Shown: positions 51,642 to 62,753, counted from the stretch's first letter. The stretch is 64,000 nucleotides of DNA from an uncultured delta proteobacterium (GCA_963715335.1 CAVQRZ010000001.1:1-64000), one strand, 5' to 3'. Program-made: numbers and translations. Notes: generated by a model not told the origin, from the letters alone.

Positions 51642-53769
51642 ATGGTAGAGATCGACATGCAAAAGGCCCAGAGGGCTATCGACACCATCCGCCTGCTTTC
51701 TGCTGACATGGTGGAACAGGCCCAGTCGGGACACCCCGGCACACCGATGGAAGCCGCCCCGATTGCCTACCTGCTTTACAGCCGGCACATGCGCTATAAT
51801 CCGAAAAACCCGGCCTGGGAAGGCCGCGATCGCTTCGTCCTTTCCTGCGGCCATGCCTCGGCGCTGCTCTACAGCATGTTGCATCTGTCCGGCTACGAAC
51901 TTTCCCTGGCAGACCTGAAAAACTTCCGCCAGATCGGCAGCCCGACCGCCGGCCACCCTGAATTCGGCCACGCCCCCGGCATCGAGACCACCACCGGGCC
52001 ACTCGGCCAGGGCATCTCGGTCGGCGTCGGCATGGCCATGGGCGCCCGGTTCCTGCGCGAACGCGTCAACCAGGAGCTCTTCGACTACCGGATTTACGGT
52101 CTCTGTTCCGACGGCGACCTGATGGAAGGGGTTGCCGCCGAAACGGCGTCGCTGGCAGGCCATTTACGCCTGGGCAACCTGATCTACCTCTATCTCGACA
52201 ACAAGATCACCATTGAAGGCGATACCGACCTGGCCTTCAGCGAAGAGGTCGCCACCCGCTACCTCAGCTATGGCTGGCACGTCCAGCATGTCGAAGGGGA
52301 AAATATCCGGGATCTCGACCGGGCGATTGAGAAGGCCAAGCATGCGCAGCGCCCTTCGCTGATTATTGCCCGCTCACATATCGGTTTCGGCGCGCCGAAC
52401 AAGCAGGACAGCCATGATGCCCACGGTGCGCCGCTCGGCGCCGACGAGCTCAAGCTGGCCAAGCAGTTCTTCGGTCGTGACCCGGAGGCGACTTTCGCAG
52501 TCCCCGCCGATGTCGCGGCCCACATGGGCGAAGCTATCGCACGCGGCGCTGCCCAGGAAGCGAAATGGCAGAAAGCGTTTGCCGCGCAACTCGGTGGCAG
52601 CGCCCCCCTGGCCGCCTGGCAAAAGGCCGCCGCCGGGGATCTCCCGCAAGGATGGGACGATCTGCCGGGCTTTGCCGCCGGGGAAAAGCTGGCGACCCGC
52701 CAGGCCAGTGGCAAGACCCTCAATGCCCTGGCAAGCAGGCTGCCTTTCCTGCTCGGCGGTTCGGCCGACCTCGGGCCGTCCAACAATACGACGCTCAATC
52801 AGGAGGAATCCTTTACCCCCTGCACTGTTGGCCGCAATATCCACTTCGGCGTTCGCGAACACGGCATGGCCGCAATCATGAACGGTTTGGCCCACACCCC
52901 GGGCCTGATCCCGTTTGGCGGCACATTCATGATCTTTGCCGACTACATGCGCCCACCGATGCGCCTCGCCGCCATGATGGGGCTGCAGACGGTGTACGTT
53001 TTGACCCATGACTCCATCGGCCTGGGCGAAGATGGCCCGACCCACCAGCCGATCGAACAGCTGCCGAACCTGCGGGCCGTGCCCAACCTGACCGTGATCC
53101 GCCCCTGTGATGCCAATGAAACGGTCGAAGCATGGAAGGCCGCGATCGCCAACCGCCAGGGCCCGACCGCGCTGATCCTGACCCGCCAGGCGCTGCCAAC
53201 CCTCGACCGCAAGCAGTATGCGGCCGCGCAGGAGCTGCACAAGGGCGGTTATGTCCTCGCCAGGGAACAGGGCGACCTGCAGCGCCATCATTCTCGCCAG
53301 TGGTTCGGAAATCCCCCTGGCGCTTGGCGCCCGCGAGCAACTGGAACAACAGGGCGTCGGTACCCGGGTCGTTTCCCTGCCCTGCTGGGAGCTCTTCGAG
53401 CAGCAGGACCAGGCCTACCGTGACCAGGTCCTGCCTCCCGCATGTCTGAACCGTGTCGCCGTCGAAACCGCCTCGCCCTTCGGCTGGGAACGTTACGTCG
53501 GCCTCAACGGCAAGACCATCGGCATGCGGGGTTACGGCGCCAGCGGCCCGGCCGGGCAACTCATGGAGAAGTTCGGCTTTACCGTCGATAACGTTGTTCG
53601 CACCGTAAAATCCTGTAAGAGATTATTTAACGCCCGTTCGCTTTGCTCCTTTGCATTATATTCATTGAAAGAGGGACACTCAATTTTGGGTGTCCGTTTT
53701 CCTAGTATCCAGAAGCCAGAAGCCGGCATCCAGAATGTTTATGCAAGCCAAAGAACAGAGACATTCTGA
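51642..53769 (+). CDS. tkt: Transketolase; frameshift near 53283, and the true stop may lie near 53618
   Basis: [30 protein letters not shown]-domain IILASGSE...YGASGP in the shifted frame. Confidence 0.92.
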
Positions 53770-53795
53770 ATTCTGAATTCTGAATACTGAATTCC
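53704..53795. repeat. Heptamer-unit inverted-repeat cassette
   Basis: ccagaagccagaagccggcatccagaat ... attctgaattctgaattctgaatactgaatt. Confidence 0.85.
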
Positions 53796-53816
53796 AATCT
53801 CTCGTCTGTCCTGTAT

Positions 53817-53844
53817 GTAAACCCTTCACCAGACCATACGTCTA
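53817..53844 (+). promoter_or_regulatory. Candidate ECF-type autoregulatory promoter
   Basis: GTAAAC-N16-CGTCTA (AAC/CGT ECF pattern) about 40 bp before the ECF gene. Confidence 0.5.
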
Positions 53845-53883
53845 AACCGCAAAGACACCCGGCAACACGACAAGGGGAAACAC

Positions 53884-54519
53884 GTGTCCACAGCCACGGC
53901 AGCGATCGTTGACAGCTTACACGAGAGCAGCTACTCTCAAAAAATGACTGCCGCAGAGGAACAGGTCTTGCTGGAGAGAATCCGTACCGGTGACGACTCC
54001 GGCTTCGAGCAGCTGGTCAGGGAGCACACCGGCAAAGTCATCGGCCTCGCCTGGCGCCTGATCGGCAACCGGGAAGAAGCTGAAGACCTGGCCCAGGAAG
54101 CTTTTCTGCGGCTGCACCGTTCCCTGCCGGACTTCCGCGGCGACAGCCGCGTCAGCACCTGGCTGTACCGCACCACGACCCGCCTGGCAATCGATCATCT
54201 GCGCCGGGAGCGCATCCGGCGCAAGCTGTTTTTCTTTCGTCAGAACAACGATGCGCCCGACCCGGTGGAACTGGCCGGCGACACCCGGCTCGACCCGGGT
54301 CGGGAATTCCAGTCGCGGGAGGCGATGCGCCTGCTGCGCAAGAGCCTGGGCAAGCTGTCGCCACGTCAGCAGGTCATTTTCACCCTGCGCCACTACGAGG
54401 GCTTGCCATTGAAGGAAATTGCCGAACACCTGGGATTGGAGACCGGCACGGTGAAAGCGCACCTGCATCGCGCCGTCACGCAACTCCGCCAGGATCTGGC
54501 AGATTATCGCGAGGTATGA
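53884..54519 (+). CDS. ECF RNA polymerase sigma factor
   Basis: EAEDLAQEAFL, STWLYR, LKEIAEHLG..GTVKAHLHRA. Confidence 0.93.
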   Translation: MSTATAAIVDSLHESSYSQKMTAAEEQVLLERIRTGDDSGFEQLVREHTGKVIGLAWRLIGNREEAEDLAQEAFLRLHRSLPDFRGDSRVSTWLYRTTTRLAIDHLRRERIRRKLFFFRQNNDAPDPVELAGDTRLDPGREFQSREAMRLLRKSLGKLSPRQQVIFTLRHYEGLPLKEIAEHLGLETGTVKAHLHRAVTQLRQDLADYREV

Positions 54520-54975
54520 TCATGAACAGCAAAGAGTGCCTGACCGAACAGGAACTGACCCTGCATTTTTACGGTGAGCCGGACACCAGCGGCTCCCGGC
54601 ATCTTGCCGGCTGCCAGCGCTGCGCAAAACGTCTGGCAGCGTTGACCGCCGAGCTGGCGGCTCTGCCCAGACCCGGACTGCACCCCCGACGCCCTGGCCG
54701 GGGTGCGCATGGCGGCAAGGGTCAAGGAAAAGTTGGCGACTCGCCAGCAGCGCAAGGGCTGGTTGCCGGCTCTTGGCGTCGGCGCCGTAGCGGTCCTGGC
54801 CCTGACCATAACCTTCGCCCGGGATCCGCAGCCTGAGCCGGTCCAGGTGACCCTGGCATCGCCAGCAGCGGCAACCTCGATGAACCTGGAAGAGGATATG
54901 CCGGACATCGACTTTCTCGAAGATATCGAGCTGCTGCAGGAACTTGAGCTGCTCGCCCAGATAGAAGGAGTCTGA
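54516..54975 (+). CDS. Putative zinc-binding anti-sigma factor; one frameshift near 54672-54687
   Basis: HLAGCQRC (HxxxCxxC), then a TM helix and acidic tail in the shifted frame; overlaps the sigma stop. Confidence 0.75.
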
Positions 54976-54976
54976 C

Positions 54977-55549
54977 ATGTTCAGCAAGAGATTGACCTTT
55001 TTCATTGGCTGTCTGCTGGTTTTGGCCAGCGTCGTCACGACACCTGCGTACGCCAAGAAGAATGGCGGCCAGTCCGGCGGTGGTGGTTATTCCAGCGGTG
55101 GTGGTTATTCCAGTGGAGGTGGCGGCCACTCCGGCGGCTCCGGTCCTTCCGGCAACGGCAACCTGCAGCAATGGTGGCAGGAGCTGCCGGACAACGAGCG
55201 CCAGATGCTGCGCGACCGCTACGAGATTTTCCAGGGGCTTCCCGATGACCAGCAGGACCGCCTGCGCCAGCGCTGGCAGAATTACCGGGAGTTGCCGCCG
55301 GAAGAGCGGCAGGAGATGCGGGAAAAATACAACCACTGGCGGGAGATGGACCCGGAAGAGCGCGAGCGCATGCGCGGCACTTTTCGCAAGTTCAAGAGTC
55401 TGCCCGAGGGTCAGCGCCAGCAGTTGCGACGGGAGCTCCACGAGCTGCGCGACCTGCCGCCCAAGGAGCAGGAGCGCCGCCGTGAAGAGCTGCATCGCAA
55501 GTATTTTCCGGACGATTGCGCAAAAACGCAAAAGTATAAAGAAAGTTAA
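54977..55549 (+). CDS. Exported DUF3106-like helical repeat protein
   Basis: Signal peptide, GGGYSS repeats, WQELPDNER/FQGLPDDQQ/YRELPPEER repeats. Confidence 0.8.
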   Translation: MFSKRLTFFIGCLLVLASVVTTPAYAKKNGGQSGGGGYSSGGGYSSGGGGHSGGSGPSGNGNLQQWWQELPDNERQMLRDRYEIFQGLPDDQQDRLRQRWQNYRELPPEERQEMREKYNHWREMDPEERERMRGTFRKFKSLPEGQRQQLRRELHELRDLPPKEQERRREELHRKYFPDDCAKTQKYKES

Positions 55550-55700
55550 AAATAAAGATTCTGATATACAAAGTGTTCTCTTTGCACTTCCTCCCACCCT
55601 TTGCACCTTGGCGTTAAATCTTGCCATTTAGGTACAAAAAAGCGCCGGATCGCTCCGGCCCTCAGGCTGCTGACGAGGTTCAGACAGACTGCATGATAGA

Positions 55701-56222
55701 GAGAGCAACAGATGGTTTATCTGTTGCCCTCATCCTTTATTCTTAAGAGCAAAACCGGCGGGTCGCGTCCCGCCCGACGCCATACTTTTGTCCGGCAACA
55801 AAAGTATGCAAAAGTGCCTTCTCCTTGCGGAGGGCATCTCCTCTGCCGGATGTCTGTGACTTCAAAAACCTCTATGATGGGGATCCGGCCCTGTGTCAAA
55901 GGGCCTGACCTTTCCGTGTGATTTACCAGGGAAAAGCCAAAACAACCTCTACCGACGCAAGTCTCCACAGCAGGAGAGGCTCTCAAGAGCCTCGGCTCCT
56001 GCGGGGGAAGCGTAGGCTTTTGATCGTTTAGAACGCTCCGGATTGAGGTCGCCGCCATTCCGAGCCAGACATGCCCAGCGCAGCGCCAAGTTTTCTTTTG
56101 CTTCCTTTCTTTGTCGCTACAAAGAAAATGAAGTTGCTGTCGGGCAACCCCGACGGTTTATGTTTGTCTTTGAATTCCAAAGTCCAATGGAAAAGGGCAA
56201 CAGTTGGTTAATCTGTTGCCCT
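55701..56222. mobile_element. Non-coding structured repeat element (REP/MITE-like), copy 2, inverted relative to copy 1
   Basis: Terminal palindromes at 55701-55731 and 56194-56222; core matches 37066-37411. Confidence 0.75.
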
Positions 56223-56349
56223 AAACTTCATAGAAACGCTACCCGCCAGGCAAAAAAACAAAACCCGCATCACGTGCGGGTTTTATCAACAATCAAAGGG
56301 CCGGATCGCTCCGGCCCAGACTTTTCACTTTTACCTCTTTTCACACCCA

Positions 56350-58071
56350 TCAATTCAATTCATAGGTAACAATCGCCGACCTGGCATCATCAATCAGCCC
56401 CTTGTGCTTGAACTTGACCGCCATCACCAGCTCCGGGCTGCCGTCATTGTCAGCATCGGCGACGACGAAGTCACCGAGGTAGCCGGACTGACTGGCGGTT
56501 CGCCAGTTTTCCTGCAGGACGAAACCGTTCCAGCCGAAAGCGACCAGCCGGCTCTTCTTGAACATGCGGAAGCGTTGCACCATACGCTGGCCGTCGTTCT
56601 GGCCGACCAGGATCTCGCCGTTCGGCATTAAGACCATCTGCTGCGGCATGCAAAGCGGCGGCAGCATTTCATCCGTCAGCGGGGGCCTCGGCATGAAGCA
56701 GGTCTCCGAGCCACCGAAGTATTCGGCGGACTCCCAGAGTTCGACGCCTGCAGCAGAGACTACCTTGAGATAGTCGCCATTGGTCAGGTAAGCAAAAAGC
56801 AGTTGATTGTTGTCATCGACGAAAGGCTGGAAGTTGAAGACATTGAGTTTTCTTGGCAAGGGCACGACGTCACCTTCCAGCAGCTTGCCACCGTCACGGA
56901 TGACATGAAAGACATCGCCGAAAAATGGTTGCTCGGCATTGTCCTTTCTCTGCCCCAACAACGATGGCTTTGCCTGTCCCGGGAAGGCAACCACCCGCAA
57001 CAGCCAGCGGACGTTGCTGATGACGATTTCGTAGCTGTCACCGACCATCTCGACGACCAGTGAGGATGCCTGATATTCGTCCAGAGCAGACAGGTAGAGT
57101 TCGGCGCGGCCATTGCCGTCAAGATCGAGGGCGTCGATGCCCAGAACCTGCAGCCGGATCGGGATCGGCACTTCAGCCAACTCGATAAACTCCCCGTCAA
57201 CGATGCGCGCAATAACGATCTTGTTGTCCAGAATCACGGCCGTTTCCTGGTTGCCGTCACCGTCAAGGTCGGCCACGGTCACGCCGCTCGGGCTGCCGGC
57301 GAGATTCGGCCCCATCCAGATCCCCTGGCGGTCGGCCTGGCGCTGGCGGATGATCGCTTCGTCCATTTCGGCAAAACGATCCTCGGTGGTCTGGCCAAAC
57401 ACTCCCATGACCGTGTTGGCCACCTGCTGCAGCAGCTTAGGTTGCGGTTTCAACGGGCCGGCCATGGCCGGTCGCGATGCCGACTGAGTGGAGGTTACGA
57501 GTTGCTGGTCTTTGGTCACAATATACTTGTGCAGAGAGTTGTTCTGTTGGTCTTTGACGTCAAGAGATTCGCCCTGCAAGGTGAAGGTCAGCAGCGCACG
57601 ATCGCTCTCGCCCTCGGTCAGCCACTCGAACTGGGGCAGGTTGACCTTGAGCTCGCGAACCAGCCCACTGTAACTCCCGCTTGTATCGACAATCAGCGCT
57701 GGAACCTGTTCGAAGCGCTTGATCGATGCGCCGTTGTCCGGCTGCAGACCTTCGGTCAGCACCCTGGCGTAGGTGTAGCCGGAATAGATGCGGGTGACCT
57801 GTAAAAAACCGACCACGTTGTCGACCGAGCCGATCACTTCCTTGGTCACCGGGTGGAGAATCTTCTTGCCGGGTGTGACCAGGGTCAGGATATCGCCGAT
57901 GGCAAGACCATCTCGAGCGTCGAGGTCGATGATGTACTCGTCGTTGATCGGCATGACCACCACGCCCTCGACCAAGGCAAAGTCACTGGCGATGTCATCT
58001 GGCAGTTCGGCCAGGGCGGTTAGTGGCCAGCATACAAGTGTAAGAAAAATCAGTTTGAGAAGGTATTTCAT
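56350..58071 (-). CDS. Secreted FG-GAP/VCBS-repeat protein
   Basis: Signal peptide; ADLDGDGNQE, LDLDGNGRAE, ADADNDGSPE repeats. Confidence 0.8.
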   Translation of the reverse strand: MKYLLKLIFLTLVCWPLTALAELPDDIASDFALVEGVVVMPINDEYIIDLDARDGLAIGDILTLVTPGKKILHPVTKEVIGSVDNVVGFLQVTRIYSGYTYARVLTEGLQPDNGASIKRFEQVPALIVDTSGSYSGLVRELKVNLPQFEWLTEGESDRALLTFTLQGESLDVKDQQNNSLHKYIVTKDQQLVTSTQSASRPAMAGPLKPQPKLLQQVANTVMGVFGQTTEDRFAEMDEAIIRQRQADRQGIWMGPNLAGSPSGVTVADLDGDGNQETAVILDNKIVIARIVDGEFIELAEVPIPIRLQVLGIDALDLDGNGRAELYLSALDEYQASSLVVEMVGDSYEIVISNVRWLLRVVAFPGQAKPSLLGQRKDNAEQPFFGDVFHVIRDGGKLLEGDVVPLPRKLNVFNFQPFVDDNNQLLFAYLTNGDYLKVVSAAGVELWESAEYFGGSETCFMPRPPLTDEMLPPLCMPQQMVLMPNGEILVGQNDGQRMVQRFRMFKKSRLVAFGWNGFVLQENWRTASQSGYLGDFVVADADNDGSPELVMAVKFKHKGLIDDARSAIVTYELN

Positions 58072-58457
58072 TACTGTCCCATCAATAAATAGATTGGAAT
58101 AATAGCAGTGCGAATCGAGCGGCTATATTATCGATTTTACGATTAAATTGAAAGGCTTAAACACGACTTTACTGCAGATTCCGGACTTTTCCACGGCCTC
58201 CTGAGTTGTCGCAAATCAGAATGCTCCGGCAAGTGCCGTCGACCAGCCTGCAAGGCAATCAAGCGGTTCGCGTCCTTGCCGATCCCAACCCCCCGAGACA
58301 ACACAAAAAACCTCTGCGGGAGCAAAAACAATGGGCCCTAAGACGACCGTTTTTTGTATTTTAATCGTCACGCAAACACCCGGTCGGCCACGAGCCACTC
58401 GACGGCGCACTGGCTACCCGCATCAATCGGGTTGCGCCATCGACCGGGGCCGGTTTA

Positions 58458-58946
58458 TTACCTGTCCAACGGCAGTTCGAAGAAGGAGGTTACGCTGTCT
58501 TCGCCCTGGACCGCTCCGGAGTAGCCGAAGGAGATGCCTGCAGTTCCGGCGGGCACCTGGTAAGATTTTGAGAAACGCTGGATATCTTCCGTGCCGCTGG
58601 TCCAGGCTTTGACAAAGTTAACCGTTTCCAGTACCCGCGAATCCTGATCGAGGAAGAAGAGATATGTACGCATTCTTGAAACAGCTGAATAGAGCATTTG
58701 GTAATGCTGGCTCAAGGCGGCCTGTCCGGAGAGTTCGAGGGTGTCGCCGTTACGCTGGTAAGTATAGTCGATCACAAGGTCGAAGGTCTCCCACGTCCCC
58801 GCAACAGGGGTCCCCGCCTGCAAAGCCACGACAGGTGCGGAGGTAACGCTTTTGCCGTGGTACAGCATGGCCGTCTCTACACATCCCGCAGAAAGAGGCA
58901 GCAGACAAACAAGCAGCAGGCAGGCAAGCTTTGCTTCAACTGACAT
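58458..58946 (-). CDS. Putative lipoprotein
   Basis: AGGAG then ATG at 58946; lipobox-like SAGC. Confidence 0.7.
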   Translation of the reverse strand: MSVEAKLACLLLVCLLPLSAGCVETAMLYHGKSVTSAPVVALQAGTPVAGTWETFDLVIDYTYQRNGDTLELSGQAALSQHYQMLYSAVSRMRTYLFFLDQDSRVLETVNFVKAWTSGTEDIQRFSKSYQVPAGTAGISFGYSGAVQGEDSVTSFFELPLDR

Positions 58947-59136
58947 AGTTTTTCTCCTTTCACACAGGTCGTTGAAGATCATTATATCACTGCACGAGAA
59001 AAATCTTCAGCCGCACGCCGTGCGCGCGGAAATGCTGATGGCGACAACACCAACGTGACTGGTCTTGTCCGGTAGATGACGAAAAATTTGAGAAAAAATC
59101 ATTTAACGCAAAGGCTCCGCCTGCAGGCAAAAAAAG

Positions 59137-59166
59137 AAAGCCCGCTGCGAAATGCAGCGGGCTTTC
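59137..59166 (-). terminator. Terminator after the porin gene
   Basis: GAAAGCCCGCTGC-GAAAT-GCAGCGGGCTTTC with an A-tract on the left. Confidence 0.8.
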
Positions 59167-59198
59167 CATGTGAAGCATGCAATTCTCTGCAAAGAGAA

Positions 59199-60465
59199 TT
59201 AGAAGCTCACGAACAGGCCGGTACCTGCCTCGAAGGCGTCAAAGTCAGCATCTTGACCATCGCAAATACCGGTATTACATTCAACGTTGCCGTCGGTGTA
59301 CTGCAGCTGGAGCTGCAGAGTGGTGTTGGCCATCAGCTTGTACACCACGCCACCAGCCAATGCGTAGTAATCAAGTGAAGCAAGCGCGTCTTCCTCTTCC
59401 TGGAAGTAGCCAGCGGAAGCGCCGAACGACAGGTCGTCGTTGGCTTTGAACATGCCATAGAGACGGCCACCGATTGCACCCATTGAAGCCAGCGTGATAT
59501 CCCCACCTTCGTAGATACCTACAGTCGCCACGTTGAAGGGGCTGCCGCCGACGATCTGCTCGTTGCTCAGGCTGTTGCCGATGTCGAAAATCGGGTCCCA
59601 ACCGTTGAAGCGGTTACCGAGGTAGGTGTACTGCACGTCTTCGTCGTCGCCTGCGCCGTAGAAGAACTGGGCGCCGAGGGTGGCCGCGTCGGAGAGGGCG
59701 AAGGAGCCGTCAGCCATGAACTGGGTACCATAGGCATCATCGGTATCATTGGCATCACCATCAAAGACGTCGAGTTCAGCAGCGATCTTGAAGGCGTCGA
59801 GGTTGAAAGCAACGTTGGCAGCATACACCATGACGTTTTCGTCTGCGTTGGCAAGCTTGTTCTGGTTACCAACGATGAACTCTGCTTTCCAGTTGTCGCC
59901 CTTCGGGGAAACTTTCAGACCGGAAACGAATGCATCAGACAGCAGGATCTAAAATGGTGCCAGTGGTTAGAATTTACCACCTGCATCGTTGTCTTCGTTC
60001 AGATAAACGAAACCGCTGACCGGAACGCCGGTGGCCAGGTCGAAGGAGATACCGGTGGTCTGGTTGTCGAGGACACCGGTCTGGCTCCAGTAGGTAAGCT
60101 GCTGACCGGCGCGGACATGCACCATGCCCTTGGTCAGGTCGATGTGGGCGCGGTCCCACTGCTGGGTGCTGCCGCCACGGCCGGCGCCGAAGGTACTGTT
60201 GTTGGAGCCCCAGTTGGCCTCGGTGATGTCGGTACGGAAGGTGATGCTGACGCCTTCTGCGACAGCGATCTTACCGGCGATACGCAGGCGCTGGTCAGCC
60301 CAGGTGTTGGTGGAGTCATCGTCGTCACCATCATAGTCGAAATCAGTGTGCCAACCACGGACACGCATTTCGCCCGACAGGCTCAGGCGATCTTCCATGG
60401 CGATGGCCGGAACGACCATTGCTGCCACAACCAGCAGCTGCTACTAAAACTTTTAACAATTTCAT
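59199..60465 (-). CDS. Major outer-membrane porin-like protein, broken by frameshifts near 60436 and 59950-59970
   Basis: GGAGG then ATG at 60465 (MKLLKVLV); LSGEMRVRG, DQRLRI, DRAHI, VRAGQQ; ends GLFVSF; joins ORFs 59967..60428 and 59199..59831. Confidence 0.78.
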
Positions 60466-60560
60466 GTGTTGCCTCCTCAAAAATAAGAAAAATGGTTTTA
60501 ACTTAACCTGTACCCGCTACAACAGCGGGCCAAGCCTTTGGAACAAACCTTAAAATTTAT

Positions 60561-60698
60561 CTACTCAATCGGTGCATCAAACTCATAGCCACAGGCCGGG
60601 CACTTGACTCGCACCTTGTCGCCCCCGCCTGTGCCGGCGCACGCCGCAAGTGAAAGGATCATCAAGATTGCCAGTGCACCGGTGAAAACCTTCTTCAT
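60561..60698 (-). CDS. 45-aa lipoprotein with a CPACG motif (MKKVFTGALAILMILSLAACAGTGGGDKVRVKCPACGYEFDAPIE)
   Basis: GGAGG RBS, lipobox LAAC, clean ORF below the ORF-track size cut-off. Confidence 0.85.
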   Translation of the reverse strand: MKKVFTGALAILMILSLAACAGTGGGDKVRVKCPACGYEFDAPIE

Positions 60699-60807
60699 TC
60701 GCTGAGCCTCCTTTCCTATTTTTTTGTTTGATCGCACCAAGCTCGATCAGGAGTCTTGAAGCCTAGCCGACCGGCCCATTGGGGCACAGTCCGGTTGGTT
60801 ATAAGGT

Positions 60808-60823
60808 TACAACAATGATGCCA
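60808..60823 (-). promoter_or_regulatory. sigma54 -24/-12 promoter for the lipoprotein-porin genes (GT variant at -12)
   Basis: Minus strand TGGCAT-CATTG-TTGTA; TGTCGCA motif at 60950-60956 upstream. Confidence 0.6.
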
Positions 60824-61012
60824 AGTTATCAGCACGCCACAAGATAACCGGAGAGGCCTGTTTTTTCAAGCCTTTTTTTAGTTTCCAGGGGAAAAAACGT
60901 TATTTCCCAGGTCAATCCGTTCAGCGGGAGTGTTGTCACTCCAACACAGTGTCGCAAAATTTCAACGAAACCGCGGTGCAGTCAAACAGGTATTCACTTT
61001 TACGCTGGCCGG

Positions 61013-61534
61013 TCACGACCCCTGCGCGGTTGACGGCGGCGCGTACTCCCGGACCATGGCGTTGATCTCTTCCGCCGACACGCTGCCCACGGCGCTGTCG
61101 AAGCGCACGATCTGGTCCGCATCGACCAGCAGCAGCCGGGGGATCAGATAGACGTTGTAGGCCTCGTAAACCTGACCGTCGTCGAGCAGCGCATGGGAGG
61201 TCATCGGATACTCCGTTCCGGCCAAGTATTCCTCAACCATGGCCTCGGAATCCCTGACGAAAACATCGAGAAACACGACGTTGCTCGCGGCCAGATCTTC
61301 ACCGGCCCGGCTGATTTCACCGGACAACTGCTTGCAGGTCGGGCACCAGGTTGTCGCCAGCTTGAGCAGCACCAGCCGGCCTTTGAACTCGGACAGGCTG
61401 ACCTCTACGCCGGCGATCGACTTCAGCTTAAAATCCGGCGCCGGCTCACCTGCCTCGATCGCACAGGCGGGACTCGCGAAAATTACGATAATGGCAAAGA
61501 TCGAAAAAATGAAAACCCGTTTGCTGAAATTCAT
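61013..61534 (-). CDS. TlpA/redoxin-family thiol-disulfide oxidoreductase
   Basis: APDFKL, ATTWCPTC, YNVYLIPRLLLVD. Confidence 0.85.
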   Translation of the reverse strand: MNFSKRVFIFSIFAIIVIFASPACAIEAGEPAPDFKLKSIAGVEVSLSEFKGRLVLLKLATTWCPTCKQLSGEISRAGEDLAASNVVFLDVFVRDSEAMVEEYLAGTEYPMTSHALLDDGQVYEAYNVYLIPRLLLVDADQIVRFDSAVGSVSAEEINAMVREYAPPSTAQGS

Positions 61535-61761
61535 AATGTCTCTTTTCGTGGCTTCAGCAAAAAGCCGCTGGCCGGGTTCATCAGGACAGGCAAAACCTGT
61601 TCCGGCTAAACAGCTTGTCGCAGTATAGAAACGCTGTTTTTTATTTGTCAAGAACAAAAACGCAAACAGCGCACTTGGCCCCTCATTACTGTTAAATACT
61701 GTGATATATACAATTAAAACATTGTTATATTAAAACTGTCACATCTTGCCGCACAGCCGGC

Positions 61762-62169
61762 TCAGTGAGCGCCCGGCTCGCAAAGCTCGGTCAGCACTCC
61801 GCCGCTGGCCTTGGGGTGCATGAACGCGATCCTGGTATTGTGCGCGCCGGTGCGCGGCGCTTCGTCAATCAGCCGGACCCCTTCAGCCTTGAGCGCGGCC
61901 AGGCGCTCTTCCAGGTCTGCCACCTCGTAGGCGACATGATGGACGCCGGGGCCGTTTTTTTCAAGGAACTTCGCAACCGGCGAATCGGCAGCGGTCGGCT
62001 CGAGCAGCTCGATGCGGCTTTCGCCAACCGCAAAAAAGGCGACCTTGACCTTCTGCTCCGCAACCACCTCGGTCCCCTCGAACTCCATACCGAGGACATC
62101 ACGGTAGAACGGGGTGGCTTCCTCGATGCTGACAACGGCGATACCGATGTGACTGATCTTCTTGGGCAT
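61762..62169 (-). CDS. mce: Methylmalonyl-CoA epimerase
   Basis: HIGIAV, IELLEP, GVHHVAY, FMHPKASGGVLTEL. Confidence 0.95.
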   Translation of the reverse strand: MPKKISHIGIAVVSIEEATPFYRDVLGMEFEGTEVVAEQKVKVAFFAVGESRIELLEPTAADSPVAKFLEKNGPGVHHVAYEVADLEERLAALKAEGVRLIDEAPRTGAHNTRIAFMHPKASGGVLTELCEPGAH

Positions 62170-62258
62170 GGTTATGGACCTCGTTGGTTAGGGATGGATT
62201 AACAATATAATTATTTAGACGCAAGATCGCAGAGATGTCAGGAAGGGCAATACAATGT

Positions 62259-62628
62259 TCATGCTAGCGACTTATTTATGCACGACTCGTAAGCCTCTTG
62301 CAACTTCTGTTCTTCAAAATTCAGGATCAGGCCAGAGCTATTGTTGCAACCATACCCAAGGTCAATAGCGGAGCAGGTAATATCGGATTCCTCTAACGAA
62401 CCTTGCGCTATATTCAACAACCGCAACTTGTCCATTGATGCCACGCTTTTTGAAGCCTTCCAGCGATATTGGCAGGAATTGATACTGCAGATCGTCTAAC
62501 TGACGAGGTCACGACCAAATTTTTCCTGATGAGCGCAAACCGGTCTGTCCAACGATGTGCTTCCAGACAAAAGCATGAGCTTTCTGCCAAACGATCAAAT
62601 CCTGGAACTTTCGTGCCGGCCTTTCCAT
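62259..62628 (-). pseudogene. Multiply frameshifted four-helix-bundle protein gene (23S rRNA IVP/TIGR02436-like)
   Basis: GGAGG then MERPARKFQDLIVWQKAHAFV; RRSAVSIPANIA; KLRLLNIAQGSLEES; DLGY; pieces lie in different frames. Confidence 0.8.
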
Positions 62629-62753
62629 TTCCCCTCCAAACAAAATAATTTTCACATATCAAGAGCCATATGGCCACACAGCAACAATTAATATCTAAGC
62701 GCTCTACTGCATTCTGAATTCTGCATCTTTGCGATACTGATTGCGCCCCAACA

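Noticed and set aside
53275..53290. tkt split into two genes
   Set aside because: One extra base explains it, with no slippery site or internal start; probable sequencing error.
59940..60440. Porin inactivation
   Set aside because: Strong codon bias, RBS, terminator and C-terminal Phe are intact; indels are more likely artefacts, though reads are needed to be sure.
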